64,000 nucleotides of DNA from Auanema rhodensis (lineage: Eukaryota > Animalia > Nematoda), in contig OZ059899.1 of the NCBI GenBank assembly GCA_964057225.1, positions 5,704,001 to 5,768,000 on the forward strand. The letters are read 5' to 3'. Positions 63,156-64,000 of this stretch are shown in pieces. A program made the position numbers and the translations under genes. The stretch's first letter is position 1. Every line of letters begins with the position of its first letter. The notes beneath the pieces are model-generated. The model was not told where the DNA came from. It did no database searches and saw nothing but the letters and a program-made list of their open reading frames with translations.

Positions 63156-64000
63156 GATTGAGAAGACACGCCGAGTAATTGTATTGGTTGTATATTTGTG
63201 AAAATGTTGTAAATAAGGTAGCAGATAAACATTGATTCGCCCACTATTCTCTTGAATTTTTTCTAATTTCCAGCATAGAAAGATAGAGCCGAAACAAAAT
63301 CAACTTCATTCTACTTATATTTGTCTTTCCTATTCATCTTAGAAACAATTAATCTTGAGATGTTATTGATGCTATTTCTTTTTCATGTTGAAGGTTTCAT
63401 TAAGTATTTTCGTTATGATTGGAAAAATTATTAAATGTGTCAATTTACGGTTTGATTACAATATTTGTTGATAGTTTATATTCAAGAAAGTACAACCGAT
63501 TTGCTTTTGAAAAAATAATAAATAAAAATTTTAAGTTGATAAGGTAAAAAGTTAAAAAGTTGTTTATCAAATTAAATTTTTTTCATGAATATGACATTTA
63601 AAGGAATCTCATCTTGAATATATCTGAAAATTCTTGTTTCTTAACTTTTAGTTTCTTCATTTAGATATGTTCCATCTCGATTTAATAACCTAACATATTA
63701 CTTTTAGAGGATCAAAAATTATTTTAAATTTATGAAAAAAAAATTTTATGGAGAAGTCTGGCTTACGACTAAAAATTACGTCAATAACACTTGTGTGTTC
63801 TTGTTGGATGCAAATCTAATCAAAAAATTTTGAGTCTAAGTATTCCTACTAATTTCTGAAAACCCAGGAATAAACGATTTTTATATTGATAACCGATAGA
63901 GCAACATACATATTCAATATATTAATATAATATTTATAGAAAGCTATAGTTTTTGTATCTTGTTCCGTGTTCTTTTTTTTTTTTAAAAAAAAACATCACA

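Noticed and set aside
1-64000. Alternative genetic code or stop-codon readthrough, suggested by the fragmented ORF track
   Set aside because: Conserved genes (arginine kinase, rnr-2, TM9SF2, PSME4) translate normally once short introns are removed.
1-64000. CRISPR array, rRNA, SL RNA/snRNA, telomeric TTAGGC array, intact transposon
   Set aside because: No repeat-spacer pattern, SL leader, telomere array or transposase/RT motifs seen by eye.

Overview
Eukaryotic, AT-rich, gene-dense genomic DNA from a nematode, most likely a clade V rhabditid. Evidence: ~40-55 nt introns, 3' splice-type sites just before start codons, and nematode-specific ground, DB-module and NLP-7 genes. The ORF track only shows exon fragments, so I spliced genes by hand. 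Left to right: SMYD-type SET/MYND methyltransferase (-), a large uncharacterised gene (-), arginine kinase (-), a secreted Cys-repeat protein (-), a DUF4140/DUF4139 protein (-), PA200/PSME4 (+), TM9SF2 (+), nlp-7 neuropeptide precursor (-), ~7 kb mostly non-coding, an unrecognised LxxLL/NLS protein (-), a secreted CULT/cereblon-like protein (+), a Lys-rich basic protein (+), an allatostatin-C-like precursor (+), POLE3 (-) head-to-head with RNR small subunit (+), a four-ground-domain + Hint hedgehog-related gene (-) with tRNA-Glu(UUC) nested in an intron, and a DB-module protein (+). I saw no CRISPR array, rRNA, intact transposon or genetic-code change. I cannot demonstrate a wholly new system. 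The best leads are the relaxed splice code (about 20% AAG acceptors in PSME4, GC donors, stop-free 3n introns), the orphan LxxLL gene with its large regulatory domain, and the secreted cereblon-like imide-binding protein. Exon boundaries are manual and some 5' ends are uncertain.
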